From the IMG/VR virus record IMGVR_UViG_3300031344_000001: DNA of 64,000 nucleotides; one strand, written 5' to 3'. Numbering within the stretch: position 1 is the stretch's first letter; each line of letters begins with the position of its first letter. Below the pieces are notes generated by a model. The model ran no database searches. It was not told where the DNA came from and saw only the letters and a program-made list of their open reading frames with translations. Shown here piece after piece: positions 23,607 to 34,242 of the stretch. The position numbers and the translations under genes were made by a program. Origin of the DNA: a virus. Lineage: Duplodnaviria; Heunggongvirae; Uroviricota; Caudoviricetes.

Positions 23607-24352
23607 CGGCCGCAACCTTCGCGCGCCTGATCCCGCCCGCGGTCCTGCGACGAGTCCCTGATCGTACGGCCTTCTTGAACGAGACCGCGCACTACATCGC
23701 AATGGGCGATGACGCACTCCTGCGTGCGACCCAAGTCTGCCTGCGAAACTTGGAGCGCCTCGACGACCTTACCGGCCCCGACGCCGCCCTCCAGCTCGTC
23801 CTCGTACCCGAGCTTTGGGAGCGCCTCCGATCAGGTACACGAGACGCACTCCGCCGCATCTCGTCCACGCTGGCCGAATACGACCCTGACCCGGCACGCC
23901 CCTCGATCTTCGTACGGCGACTGGCACCGGAAACGTACGCGCGCCTGCGCGAGGACGCGGATGCGCTGCGCCAGTACGTCGCGCGCACCACGCCCCTCGA
24001 CGACAAATCCCTCGTCGAGCAGGTACGTTTCGCGATCGCGGGGTCGCGCGCTACCGACCGCTGGTCCCCCGCCGACTTCGTGTACGAGCCTGGGTTCGTC
24101 TACCGCCTGGTGCCCGCCATCGCGTGGCGGGTGCTCGTCCGCGATCACGACCACCAGAGGCAGCGATGATCGACGTGCTCGGACCCGTGACTGCCGCGAC
24201 GCATGGCGGCTGCATGGAGTGCGACCCGCACGACGACCGCGGCGACGACCTCTTCGTCTTCCAGCTCGGAGGCTTCAAGATCCGGCTCTGCCGTCACCAC
24301 CTGGTGATGCTGCGAGAGAGCCTCGGGCGCGTCGAGCTGCGCGCCTGAGAAG

Positions 24353-25138
24353 CTAGGCCAGCTTCTCGATGATCAACTTCTGCGCGTAGGCGTGCGTCAG
24401 CGATCCGTCTGCCGGCGTGACAGTGAGCGCGGTCGAGTTGCCCACGGGGTTGATCACCGCGAGCACCTGGCCGCCGCCCGACGGGACGGTGACGACCGCG
24501 TCGATGACGATCGGGTGGCCGCCCGAGGTCGGGTTCGCGTTGCCGAAGGCGGAGTTGTCGACGGCGACGCCGGCGAGCTCCAGCTCCAGCTGCCCCGGCT
24601 CCGTCGTGTGCACGGTGGCCGTCACGCGGTAGGTGCCAGGCGCGAGGGTGAAGGACGAGGCATCCACGCGCGTACCAGCGCCCGTGGTGGGACCGTTCTG
24701 CGGGAACGGGACGCGCCCCGTGCCCGCGGAAGTCTTGACCGGGATCGTCGCCGGGTAGTCCGTCGCGCCGCCGTTGCCCGTCCCGGCCGTGAGGCCAAAG
24801 AACATGCTGACGAGGCCGCTGGCCGCGATGCCCGTCGCGCCCGTCGCGCCGACCGAGCCCGTCGAGCCCACCGCACCGGTCGCACCAGCCGTACCCGTCG
24901 GGCCCGTCGCGCCCGTTCCGGTGGCTCCCGTCGGACCCGTCGGGCCCGTCGGGCCCGTGGTACCCGTGGGTCCACCCGAGGGGCCCGTGGGGCCCGTACC
25001 ACCAGCACCGGTCGGTCCGACGGGGCCAGGAGGCCCATCGTGCCCATCGTGCCCACGATGGCCACGCTTGCCGCGCTTGCCACGCTCGCGCTCGCACTCG
25101 TCTTCGCAGCCGGGGATGCCGATGCTGATGTCCGCCAT
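24353..25138 (-). CDS. Collagen-like (Gly-X-Y) protein with a C-terminal beta domain
   Basis: GKR/GHD then GPT/GAT triplets, followed by a ~135 aa beta-rich C-domain. BclA/BclB-like architecture. Confidence 0.85.
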   Translation of the reverse strand: MADISIGIPGCEDECERERGKRGKRGHRGHDGHDGPPGPVGPTGAGGTGPTGPSGGPTGTTGPTGPTGPTGATGTGATGPTGTAGATGAVGSTGSVGATGATGIAASGLVSMFFGLTAGTGNGGATDYPATIPVKTSAGTGRVPFPQNGPTTGAGTRVDASSFTLAPGTYRVTATVHTTEPGQLELELAGVAVDNSAFGNANPTSGGHPIVIDAVVTVPSGGGQVLAVINPVGNSTALTVTPADGSLTHAYAQKLIIEKLA

Positions 25139-25255
25139 AGGTCCCGACTCTAAGCTCAGCGCAAGGGCACGTCCAAAAAATGGCATGCGGGGGTCGCGGA
25201 GATCTACCCGAGACCGAGCGCCGTTCTCGACGGAGGCCCGTGATAGGACCTGCCG

Positions 25256-25864
25256 ATGCAGATCTTCCTACGAATCCTGCTCGCGATCCTGACACCTGCC
25301 AGCGACGCGAACGTCGCACGCCACCTCGCCCCGAACGAAGTGACCGCCCAGGGCCAGGACGCCTACCGTCATGGACAAGCCTGGGCAGCGCATGTAGTGA
25401 CCGCGGTCTACGCCAACGCCCCGATCGCACTCCTCCTCCGCGCCCTCGACCAGCCTGACGTTCAGCCCCGCGACGTCGCGATGGCCTGGGTGGCCGCCGA
25501 GCTGGAGGCCACCCCCCACGCCGACGCGCCACTCCTCATGGCCCTCATGTGGCCCGAGAGCCGGTACCAGTCAACGGCCGGCCCCGCGTGCGGCGTGATG
25601 CAAGTCTACCCCCACGACCTCGGCCTCGACGACGCTTCCTCGTGCGCCCTGTGGAAGCGCGACGTGCTCGCGGGCGTTCGCGCCGGCGTGCTCGAGATCG
25701 AGACGCTACTCGCCGACCACCGCGTCCATAGCCTGAGGGAAGCGCTGCTCTACCGCGCGTGCGGGAACAAAGCGTTCACCAACGAGTGCGACAGGGACGG
25801 CTGGGTCAACGCGGTGTTCGCGCGTCGCATGTACCTCGTCAACGGCGGACGCCCGAAGGTGTAG
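25256..25864 (+). CDS. Lysozyme-fold/lytic transglycosylase-like protein with a signal or anchor sequence
   Basis: LMWPESRY (putative catalytic ES) ...ACGVMQV, with a hydrophobic N-terminus. Confidence 0.6.
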   Translation: MQIFLRILLAILTPASDANVARHLAPNEVTAQGQDAYRHGQAWAAHVVTAVYANAPIALLLRALDQPDVQPRDVAMAWVAAELEATPHADAPLLMALMWPESRYQSTAGPACGVMQVYPHDLGLDDASSCALWKRDVLAGVRAGVLEIETLLADHRVHSLREALLYRACGNKAFTNECDRDGWVNAVFARRMYLVNGGRPKV

Positions 25865-26055
25865 CGCGCAGCGCGCTTGCTCTCTGTCTGTTGATCATGT
25901 GAGGCTCCCGCACAGGCGAAAGGTAATACACGGTCCCTCTGGACGAACCTCCTGGACGATCAACGGGGTCGTCTCACGTCAGTAGGCCACGGGCCGTTGA
26001 ACGCGAGTAGCCTTCTTTTTCCTTCGACCGCGCGGCTGGAAGTAAGATCGATCCC

Positions 26056-26262
26056 ATGCCGCTGACGACCTACCAAAAGTCGAGACTCCTGTGGATCGGA
26101 GGCGGCCTCCTGGGCGGCGTCATCGGGTACGCGGTCACCAAACGTCCCAAGGAGGCCCTCCTGTCAGGGGCCATGGGATCGATCCTCGTGGGCGCGGTAG
26201 GGGACAAGGTGCTCGAGCAGCATCAACGCACCGGCGTTTGGTCGCTACTGCCCGTCCGCTGA
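26056..26262 (+). CDS. Small two-helix membrane protein
   Basis: Glycine-zipper-like hydrophobic segments. Confidence 0.6.
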   Translation: MPLTTYQKSRLLWIGGGLLGGVIGYAVTKRPKEALLSGAMGSILVGAVGDKVLEQHQRTGVWSLLPVR

Positions 26263-26283
26263 CCGCTGAGCACCGCCGAGCCG

Positions 26284-27168
26284 TCAAGCAGGCAGCGATC
26301 GCACGTGCACCGCGTTCGTGCCGTAGCAGGCCACCGCCATCAGACCGTGGTTGACGTCGACGCCGTGCGGGAAGTCGTAGCCGTCGACCTGGTCCACCTG
26401 CCGGAGCGTGCGCGCATCGACCACGAGCACTCGGCCCCCGGGGCTGTCGACAGCGAACAGGCGGTCACCGTAGGCGGCGACGGAGTCGAGCTGACCGGCG
26501 TCGTACGACTGCCTGTTCAGCAGGCGATGCTTGCCACGGCCGATGTCGAGCTCGACGAGCAAGATCTCGGAGGCGTGGCGATCGCTTGACCTCTCGGCCG
26601 ACGGCGCGCCGTCGGTCGTCACGATGGCCGCGCGATCACCCGGCAAGAAGCAGACGTCCTTGGCGAGCCCTGCCGTCTCGATGTAGAGCAGTTTCCTCAT
26701 CGTCGATAGGTCGAAGAAGTGGACGCCGCGCGGGGCGCGGAGCGCCGTGGCGGCGACCACGTCAGGGCCGCAGAACCGCGCGCCGTGGCAGTAGTTGCCG
26801 GCGAGCCCCGTGGCCAGGTCGCGCTCGTGCCGCACCTCGTCACCGATTCTCCGGTAGAGGCTCATGCTGCCGCCGTCGCAGTTGCTCGTGACGATGAGCC
26901 CGCTCGCGTCCGCGTCGCAGAGGTCCGTCTCGACGGGGCTGCCGGCGTGCGTGGTCTCCGAGCACCCGAGCACCTCATGACTGCCCCGCGCGAGGTCGAA
27001 GCGGATCAAGTAGATCTTGTGAGCGAGGAGCGAGCAGCAGACGATCGTGCACGGGTCGAGGAACCGCACGGCCGTGGCCGTCGCGTAGCGCGCGCGGTCC
27101 CCGACGTAGAGCGGTCGCCACTCGGGGCGCCGGAGGTCCTCGAGCTGCACCTGTAGAGTCATCGTCAT
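26284..27168 (-). CDS. Beta-propeller protein
   Basis: Repeated blades CHGARF, AKDVCF and FPHGVDV. Confidence 0.65.
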   Translation of the reverse strand: MTMTLQVQLEDLRRPEWRPLYVGDRARYATATAVRFLDPCTIVCCSLLAHKIYLIRFDLARGSHEVLGCSETTHAGSPVETDLCDADASGLIVTSNCDGGSMSLYRRIGDEVRHERDLATGLAGNYCHGARFCGPDVVAATALRAPRGVHFFDLSTMRKLLYIETAGLAKDVCFLPGDRAAIVTTDGAPSAERSSDRHASEILLVELDIGRGKHRLLNRQSYDAGQLDSVAAYGDRLFAVDSPGGRVLVVDARTLRQVDQVDGYDFPHGVDVNHGLMAVACYGTNAVHVRSLPA

Positions 27169-27191
27169 CGACGGCTGTACGATAGCCGACG

Positions 27192-27887
27192 ATGGTCATC
27201 GAAGCAGCGCCCTCGATCGCGATCGCAATGACGACGGCCCCCCGCCCGCACCCGACGCTCATCCGCGCGCTAGCGAGCCTGCGCGGCGCGGGTTTCTCCG
27301 AGGACGTGCACTTGTTCGCCGAGCCCGGCACGCTCGCCCGCCGCCTGCACCCGAGTGCCGAGCACGACCGCACGATCGTGCACGTCAACTCCTCCAGGCG
27401 CGGTTGCTTCGGTAACTGGAAGCAGGCGATCACGCAGTTACTGTTGAAGACCGAGGCCCGCTGGCTCTTGGTCGTCCAGGACGACGCGATTTGGGCCCCC
27501 GGGTCGGCCGACATCTTGCGCGCGCAGACGAGCGTCCGGCAGGCGTCGCGAACCGGCTTCCTCTCGCCCTACGTCACTGACAAGGACGCCGTCGAGTCAG
27601 CGTTCGTCGACGGCTGGAACGAGTGCCGCATCGGGTGGACCTTCTGGGGAGCGATCGCCTTCTGCGTGGAGCGCACCGCCGCCGCGGAGTTGCTGAGGCA
27701 CCCCCGGTTCGCCCAACACCAGGGGACGCAGCAGGTCGACGCGGTGGTCGCGGCGTCGATGCTCGACCTCGCGCGCCCGAGCTTCGTGCACGTGCCGAGC
27801 CTCGTGGACCACGTCGGGAACACGAGCACGGTAGGACACGACGACGTCGCGGGGAGGCTCCGCGGGTACCGCTTCGGCGAGCGCTAA
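27192..27887 (+). CDS. Glycosyltransferase-like (GT-A fold) protein
   Basis: WLLVVQDDA (xDD motif) and VPSLVDHVGNTSTVGH. Confidence 0.65.
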   Translation: MVIEAAPSIAIAMTTAPRPHPTLIRALASLRGAGFSEDVHLFAEPGTLARRLHPSAEHDRTIVHVNSSRRGCFGNWKQAITQLLLKTEARWLLVVQDDAIWAPGSADILRAQTSVRQASRTGFLSPYVTDKDAVESAFVDGWNECRIGWTFWGAIAFCVERTAAAELLRHPRFAQHQGTQQVDAVVAASMLDLARPSFVHVPSLVDHVGNTSTVGHDDVAGRLRGYRFGER

Positions 27888-28406
27888 CGCGCGCCCTCAA
27901 CGATACGTTCCCCAGCCACTCACACGCGCTTGTCGGAGGGCGGCAATTTCCTTTTCCACAGCACAAAGCCTGGAAAATTGGTAAGTGCTGATGAAGAAGA
28001 GCGTGGCTATCAAGAAGAGCGGAAGGGCTTGCATGGCCTTTCGAGTCTACCTTCTGATGCTTCTGATGAGCAAAGCCGCTGACGTGCTGATTATCGACGG
28101 CCTCCGCGGATGTCGCTTCGGCGAGCGGCGAGCGGCGAGCACTTGCCACGCGGAACTTCATTTTTGTTCGAGCCGCCGGTAGGCTTGGCCCATGGGCTTC
28201 AAGAGCAGCGGGACCTACGTCGTCAAGTCGTTCCGCGATCGTGGGTTGAACGTGGAGATGCCGTCGTTGGCCTTGGCCAAGAGTTCCGCTCGCGATCTTG
28301 CGAGCATGCCATTGCGCTGGAAAAAGGAAGAGGTCTTAGACGCCAGTGGCGATCCACTTCGCACGACGTACTACAACGATGGCGACTTCTACATCGAGTT
28401 GCGCAC

Positions 28407-28862
28407 GTGAGCGCGAGCGTGACGGCCAAGCTGTCGCGCGCCGACCTCGACAAGGCGATCCGCGAGGCCGAGACGGCACTCGCGCGTTTTGGGGTGCAAG
28501 ACCGCTTCACCGTGAAGATCAAGCCTGCACGTAAGGGCGAATGGATTGGCATGTATCGAAGTCGGACCCAATTTCACGGGCACCGGCTGCCGATCTTCTG
28601 GATCAGCGAAGCAGCCCCACGGATTGCGAAGGCCACAGGCTGGTCTCTCCACAGGGCGCTGGTCTCAACGCTCCTGCACGAGTACGGGCACGTGATTTAC
28701 GAGTGGGCGAAGCTCGAGTCCCCCGCCCTGATGCAAGACATCGAGAACATCACCGACGATGAAGAAGACTTCGCGGAGACGTTCGGCATTGCCGCTATGA
28801 ATGGAGCGTCATCGCCAGCGTACAGAAAGATCGCGGCGCGTTATTTCGAGGAGGCTTCGTGA
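28407..28862 (+). CDS. Zincin-like metallopeptidase (HExxH)
   Basis: TLLHEYGHVIYE...EEDFAETF. N-terminal ADLDKAIREA resembles the shared tag. Confidence 0.75.
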   Translation: MSASVTAKLSRADLDKAIREAETALARFGVQDRFTVKIKPARKGEWIGMYRSRTQFHGHRLPIFWISEAAPRIAKATGWSLHRALVSTLLHEYGHVIYEWAKLESPALMQDIENITDDEEDFAETFGIAAMNGASSPAYRKIAARYFEEAS

Positions 28863-28874
28863 ACACGCACACGA

Positions 28875-29738
28875 TCAGCGAAAGGTCACAAAGCGCCCGC
28901 TCGGGTGAACGTAGCCGACGAAGCGCCCCTTGCTGACGCTGTAGACCCCCGCGGGTGCCCCCATCTCCTTGGCCACGCGCTTGGCGTCGGTGAGGTCGTA
29001 CGGCCGCACCGCGCCGCCCACGCGGCGCATCGGGACCTTCACCGAGCGCTCGGCGTGGCGGTGCGTCGCCTCCGGGTAGACGACGTACTCGTAGTCACGA
29101 GTCGCGGGCGCGATCGTGCTGTGCGCGAGCCCCCCTCCAAGCCTAGCCCGATGCTGTTGGTACACCGCATTGATCTCGGATTGAGCGATTCCGGTCCTGC
29201 TTGCGTAGTAGGCACCCATTCCAGTCCAGGGCTTCATCATCACGCGCCAGATTTCTGCCAACTCGTCGGGTGTATGCGCCTTGCTGAAATGTCTGTGCGC
29301 CCACGCAGCAGGTGCCCCCGGTGGCAGACTGATCTTGGAAGTCGCGATTGTGCTGTGCCCGCCGGGACCTCCGTGCTCCCCGCCGCCCGCGAGCGCCTCG
29401 GTGATCTCGGCGTCGAGCTGCGCGGGCGTCTTCTTCACCGGCGTCTCGCTCACCTCGCGCGGAGGCTTGCGCGCGCCGGGACGCTCGTTGATCACGTAGC
29501 GCTGCCACAGGTTGTAGCCCTGCCGCCCACCGACGCGGATCTGGACGCTACCCTTGCGCGCGCTGCCCACCACCGAGCACGCCTTGTGGCTCCTGCGACA
29601 CGCTTGCGCGGCGTGCTTCACTTCCTCGGCGAGCGCCTTCGCGGCGGCCTCCTTCGAGTGGAACTCGTGCGGACGTCCCGTGACCTCGTCGACGAGGTAG
29701 CCGCGCTGCGTCGCGATGATGTAGTGCTTGCCGGCCAT
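28875..29738 (-). CDS. Modular basic protein with the QLDxEI tag and two HSTI linkers
   Basis: KKTPAQLDAEITEAL, GGHSTI and LAHSTI. Confidence 0.75.
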   Translation of the reverse strand: MAGKHYIIATQRGYLVDEVTGRPHEFHSKEAAAKALAEEVKHAAQACRRSHKACSVVGSARKGSVQIRVGGRQGYNLWQRYVINERPGARKPPREVSETPVKKTPAQLDAEITEALAGGGEHGGPGGHSTIATSKISLPPGAPAAWAHRHFSKAHTPDELAEIWRVMMKPWTGMGAYYASRTGIAQSEINAVYQQHRARLGGGLAHSTIAPATRDYEYVVYPEATHRHAERSVKVPMRRVGGAVRPYDLTDAKRVAKEMGAPAGVYSVSKGRFVGYVHPSGRFVTFR

Positions 29739-29781
29739 GTGCGTCATCCTTGCAGGCTTTTGTCGTCGAAAGTCGAGCGCT

Positions 29782-30582
29782 TCAGCCCTGAGTGGCCGCG
29801 AGGTACCGCGCGACAATCTTCGACGCGCGATCCGGCGTCGTGCGACTGCGACTCGCACTCTTGATCGAACGCAGCCCATTGTCGTGAATGAGCACGTCAA
29901 CGAGGTCATACCCAAGCTTGTTCTTGGGGTCGGGCACCTTCACGTTGTAGTTGGTCCCGTCCGAACGCATCGAGATCGCGAGGATCTCGGGGAACTCCTC
30001 GCGGCGCTGGATCGTCTGCACGTGACGGCGTGCCTCCGCCGTCGGGTACAACCCCCCGTCACGGTTGATCGTGCTGTGAGCCTTGCGCCCGCGCTTCTTC
30101 AGCGCCGCGTCCTCCGCCGCCAGCTCCTGCGCGATCTGCTTCGCGATCCCGATCTGTTCCCGGTACTGCTTCTCGGTCAATCCAAGCTCAGCCGCCGTCT
30201 TGTTGCCGAGGTTGTGCTCGTGCCGATAGCGCAGACAGTTCGTGCACAGCGAGCCGGACAACGGACAGTGCTTGCCTGGCGCGTAGAGGATGGCGTCGAC
30301 CTCGCGACCGATCTTCGCGTGCTGACGCTTGGGCTTCTTCGCGCCACGCGACAGCCCCAGCTTCTCCACAGCCTTGTAGATCTGCTGCGCGTCCTCGGCG
30401 TGAAGTGCCGCGGAGTTCGCGTGCATCGACCTATTCGTCATGATGTCGCTGCGCTCCGCGTCACGGTGCACGTCGGCGGCATCCATGTGGTCGTCGGCCG
30501 TCCAGTCCCCGAAGTTCGGGTGCAGCTGGTAGGCCGCGTACACAGGCTTGCCGCTGCTCGTGTGTCCGATCGTCTTGGGCAT
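29782..30582 (-). CDS. Modular basic protein with HAKI and HSTI linkers
   Basis: MPKTIGHTSSGKPVY start, RQHAKI and KAHSTI. Confidence 0.7.
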   Translation of the reverse strand: MPKTIGHTSSGKPVYAAYQLHPNFGDWTADDHMDAADVHRDAERSDIMTNRSMHANSAALHAEDAQQIYKAVEKLGLSRGAKKPKRQHAKIGREVDAILYAPGKHCPLSGSLCTNCLRYRHEHNLGNKTAAELGLTEKQYREQIGIAKQIAQELAAEDAALKKRGRKAHSTINRDGGLYPTAEARRHVQTIQRREEFPEILAISMRSDGTNYNVKVPDPKNKLGYDLVDVLIHDNGLRSIKSASRSRTTPDRASKIVARYLAATQG

Positions 30583-30584
30583 CG

Positions 30585-31151
30585 CTAGATCCTCTCGTCG
30601 TAGAAGCCCTGGAGCTTCTCCGCGAGCGCGGCGGCGGCCAACGGGAACGGCGAATGCCCGCCCTCCGCGTCGCTGTCCACGTCGTCGGTCCACTGCCACA
30701 TCTCGGACTCACTGAACGCGACGCTCCCGTCCTCCGAGGCGTGCGCGGCGAGCATGTCCGGCCAGGCGTAGCGCCCACGCGCGAACTCGACCGCGCGCAG
30801 CTCGCTCGGCGTGAGCTGGAGCCGGTAGGCGACCCGAGACGGCGGCTGCTTCTTCCGTGCATGGCTCGAGGTGCAGGCCCCGCACGGCGACTTCTTCACC
30901 AGCGCGCCCGCGATCTCGCGGTCCAGCTGCGCGGGCGTCTTCTTGGCAGTCGCCGCCTTCGCGTGTTCCGCAGCCGCCGCCTTCGCCTTCCGCTCCGTGG
31001 GGAACGTACCGACGTGCTCGTGCTTGCCCGGGGGACGGAACGAGACCGTGTGCTGGTCCTTGCGGTGCGAGATCACGTAGTCGTGCTCGGTACCCCCGTG
31101 CGAGATCGGAGCCTGGATGCCGGGCATCCCCGGCTCCTTTTTCCACTTCAC
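30585..31151 (-). CDS. Modular protein with the QLDREI tag
   Basis: KKTPAQLDREIAGAL and SSHARKK. GTG start overlaps the upstream stop. Confidence 0.72.
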   Translation of the reverse strand: MKWKKEPGMPGIQAPISHGGTEHDYVISHRKDQHTVSFRPPGKHEHVGTFPTERKAKAAAAEHAKAATAKKTPAQLDREIAGALVKKSPCGACTSSHARKKQPPSRVAYRLQLTPSELRAVEFARGRYAWPDMLAAHASEDGSVAFSESEMWQWTDDVDSDAEGGHSPFPLAAAALAEKLQGFYDERI

Positions 31152-32191
31152 TCGAAGATCTCCGCGTAGCGCGTGATGCCGGGCGACGCCTCCAGCCAGT
31201 CGAGCAGGCGCCCCACCGCGCCGCGGTAGCCGGTCCACTCGACCACGGCGTAGCGCGCGTCCTTCGGCCGCCGGTATGACCGCCCGCGCGCCAGCTCCGC
31301 CTCGGCGAGCGGGACGCGGTCGTCGCGCCACGTGGCGTCGGCCGGGAGGTCGCGCCCGCGATCGAATTCGCGCGGGTCGATCTCGACGGCGAACAAAGCG
31401 CTCGCAGCCTTCGTGGCATGTGCCGTCCTACGCCCCGGACGCGATCCGCGGAGAGCCTCGGTGATCTCGCGATCGAGTTGGGCTGCCCGCGCCCTCAGCT
31501 TCGGATCGCGCTTGATCCGCTCGACGGCCTTGATCGCGGCGGCGATGTCCTCCACCACCTCGTCATCCACGGACTTCCTCTTCCTCGCGTGATGCACCGA
31601 ACTGCCAGACGGCCCGAACCACCGCCCGTCGCTGGTGACCGCGTGCCCCGCCCGATGAGCGCGCTCCAGCGCGTAGCCCACGCCCAGCACATCGGCACCT
31701 CCGATGGCGCGAGACATGCCGTGAGCGTCGATCTCTGTGCCCGGGCGCATGTTGCTGAGATGGGCCCTCACGCGCGCGTCGAGGTCCATCGTCGCGTGCG
31801 CGCGGGGCGGCACCTTGTAGCCCTTCGCCCGCGCCTGCGAGAGCCCGATCGCGATCGCCTGCTCGCGCGAGGTGACCTTGGCGCCGCTGCCGCTCTTCAG
31901 CTTGCCGCGCTTGAACTCGTGCATCGTCCGCCCGACCTTCTCGGACGCCTTCTCACTGTACTTCGTCGCATGCGTGGGCGCGTCGGCGTCGGCCCTCTTC
32001 GCGCTGAACTTGAAGGCCCCGGCGCTCGAGACCGCGCCGCGGAGCTTGTACTTGGCCTTGGCGATGGCCGCCGCGGATGTGGTGGCCGCCTCGTAGTACG
32101 TCTTCACGGGGGCTCCCCCCACAGTGACGTCCACTCTCCAACGCGGGACTTGCAGCATCTTCTTGTCCTCTCGGGTCATCGGCGCATCCAC
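31148..32191 (-). CDS. Five-module polyprotein-like protein containing a DUF6496-like module and the tag
   Basis: HATK, HATM, HARK and HATK linkers. Module KYSEKASEKVGRTMHEFKRGKLKSGSGAKVTSREQAIAIGLSQAR. Tag AQLDREITEAL. Confidence 0.8.
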   Translation of the reverse strand: MDAPMTREDKKMLQVPRWRVDVTVGGAPVKTYYEAATTSAAAIAKAKYKLRGAVSSAGAFKFSAKRADADAPTHATKYSEKASEKVGRTMHEFKRGKLKSGSGAKVTSREQAIAIGLSQARAKGYKVPPRAHATMDLDARVRAHLSNMRPGTEIDAHGMSRAIGGADVLGVGYALERAHRAGHAVTSDGRWFGPSGSSVHHARKRKSVDDEVVEDIAAAIKAVERIKRDPKLRARAAQLDREITEALRGSRPGRRTAHATKAASALFAVEIDPREFDRGRDLPADATWRDDRVPLAEAELARGRSYRRPKDARYAVVEWTGYRGAVGRLLDWLEASPGITRYAEIFE

Positions 32192-32811
32192 TCGTACGGA
32201 CGGCGGGCCTCACGCTCTTCTTCTTGAAGGCGCTTGGACTCCTCACGATATCGACGGTAGTTCGCTTCGTGACCGTGCTCCTGGGCCTGGGCCCACGTGC
32301 TCGACACCAGCTCATCGCGCTCGCGCTGGAGCGCGCGGATCGGCTCGGACTCGTACGCCGGATGCCCAGGTACGTACGGCACGTGTCCCCCCGCCTCGTA
32401 GATCATTTTGTCGAGGGCGTCGCGTGTGCGCGCCATCTTGAGGTGGCCCTCGTCAGTGTAGGACGCCTCGACGGAGGCCACGGCGCGCTTGTACGCGGCG
32501 ACCTTGGACCGCCACTTCTTCATGACCTCGACGGGGAGACCGAGATCGACGGCCTGCGCGATCTCCCTGTCCAGTTGAGCGGGCGGCGTCTTCTTCGTCG
32601 CATGGTGCGTGCTTCCCACCGCCTGGCGTCCCACCCCGGTGACCTTGAACAGCGGGCGGAGTCCGAGGAAACCGTCCGGCTCGATGAGCCCGCGCGCGCG
32701 CAGCACCTCGCGGGTGCGTTCGTCACCCCCGACGATCCGACCGAACATGTGGCGACTCGCCGCTTCGAGGATGCGACGCTGCGCGGGCGTCAGCTTGGCG
32801 GACGTGGTCAC
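32176..32811 (-). CDS. Winged-helix-like N-domain plus tag plus helical C-domain
   Basis: KLTPAQRRIL...LRARGLIE...KVTGVGRQAV, then HHATKKTPPAQLDREIAQAV. Confidence 0.72.
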   Translation of the reverse strand: MTTSAKLTPAQRRILEAASRHMFGRIVGGDERTREVLRARGLIEPDGFLGLRPLFKVTGVGRQAVGSTHHATKKTPPAQLDREIAQAVDLGLPVEVMKKWRSKVAAYKRAVASVEASYTDEGHLKMARTRDALDKMIYEAGGHVPYVPGHPAYESEPIRALQRERDELVSSTWAQAQEHGHEANYRRYREESKRLQEEEREARRPYEWMRR

Positions 32812-33032
32812 GGGCTCAGCCTACCAGAACTACTACCGGCACCGACGGCGGCGGCGGGTCCCGAAGCACGGCAGCGCGCCCTGGCAGTCCGGCAAGGGGC
32901 CCGTGTCCACGCTCAGCATCGTGACCGAGCTCGTGGTCACCACCCGCGGGTTCGGCGGGCACGCGCCCGCGGGGATGCAGATCAGGTTGGTCTTGACCAC
33001 GGGCTGATCGTAGCAGTCCTCACGGCGCGACC

Positions 33033-33434
33033 TCAAGAAAGTGGCCTCACGAGACGGCGGCCGGCGAAGCGGCGCAGCACCTTGCGGTGTAACGGGATCA
33101 GGTCCCACGTCCACGCGACCTCCCGGGGCACCCATGCCGATCGCGTGTTCTCGCCGTCGAGCAGGCGCACCAGCCCGTTCCAGTCGTCGGCGTAGAGTAC
33201 GTCGAGCCTGCCACCACCCGGCACGGCCACCTGCGTGAGCGGCGAAAGCGCGTAGACACGGAGACCCGCCTCCTCATGCGACTCACGCATCGCGGCCTCG
33301 GTGACAGACTCACCGTTCTCGATCCTGCCGCCCGGGAGGTTCCATCGTAGAGGCATCCACGGATCGGTGGGCCCGCGCAGAAGAAGCAACACACGCCCGC
33401 GACCATCCTCGAAGATCACCGACACGCCGCGCAT
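33033..33434 (-). CDS. NUDIX hydrolase
   Basis: [27 protein letters not shown] Nudix box. Confidence 0.9.
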   Translation of the reverse strand: MRGVSVIFEDGRGRVLLLLRGPTDPWMPLRWNLPGGRIENGESVTEAAMRESHEEAGLRVYALSPLTQVAVPGGGRLDVLYADDWNGLVRLLDGENTRSAWVPREVAWTWDLIPLHRKVLRRFAGRRLVRPLS

Positions 33435-34242
33435 GCGGTGAACTTACACCGATCTTCGCAGCCTCTCCCTGGACCTTCGTTGTAGAAAGCACCCATGCGA
33501 ATCGAACTCTCCGAAGGCGAAGCCGTCGTCGTCACGTTCCGAGGCACCGACGGTGAAATCACCGTCGCCTTCAAACCCGAAGACGTGCAGATCCTCACGG
33601 GCTGCCGCGAGGACGTAGCGCGTGAGTTGCCCTACGGCATCAGCGTCCACACGGATATGCCCGACACGGCCAACCGTGTCGGCTTGATCTACAACGAACC
33701 TCTCGCCACTCGACCCCCCAAAGAAGGCGTGCCCCTCGCCTGAGGGACGCCTCAGCTCAGTGCCCTCGTGACACCCTGAGCGAACCCGCGCTACGATCAC
33801 CTCGTGGCCACACGCCTCTTCTATAACGCCGACCTCGTCGAGCAGCTGGCCGCGTGCGGGATCACGGCGCGCCGACGCTCGTCGGCCGACGCCCCCGCGG
33901 CGGGTTTCGTGATAGAGGGACGGCGCGCTCCACTGCGAGCACGCCAGGCCGTAACCAACGTGATCGCCGTGCGAGAGCACGTGACGATCACGGGCCCCCG
34001 CCAACTGACGGCCCTCCCCCCGCCCCTGGCCCTCCCCGCGTCGACGGCGCCCGGGCCCCAGACGGCGCTCGAGCTGGTCGAGGAGTGCGCGCGCCTCCGC
34101 CGTGACAACCAGAACCTGTCGAACGAGGTCACGCGGTTGCGCGCGGAGATCAACCGCCTGACCGCTGGACCCGCCGCGCCGCCGCCGCGGGATCCGCCCG
34201 ACGACGCTTCGACGCGGTTCTCACTGCTGGAGTTGAGCTGAC

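Larger units (their letters stand above)
4119..24348 (+). other. Co-oriented array of dozens of small phage accessory genes
   Basis: Consecutive 60-300 aa ORFs with ATGA/GTGA/TGATG overlaps, many CxxC-rich, mostly unrecognisable. This is typical of large-phage accessory regions. Confidence 0.8.

Noticed and set aside
32815-32870. Programmed frameshift in the small Cys/Pro-rich ORF (PCFG to DPPPPSVPVVVLVG)
   Set aside because: The shift lies in a short G run like the one in the HIT gene. Together with the extra base in tRNA-Met, sequencing indels are the simpler explanation.
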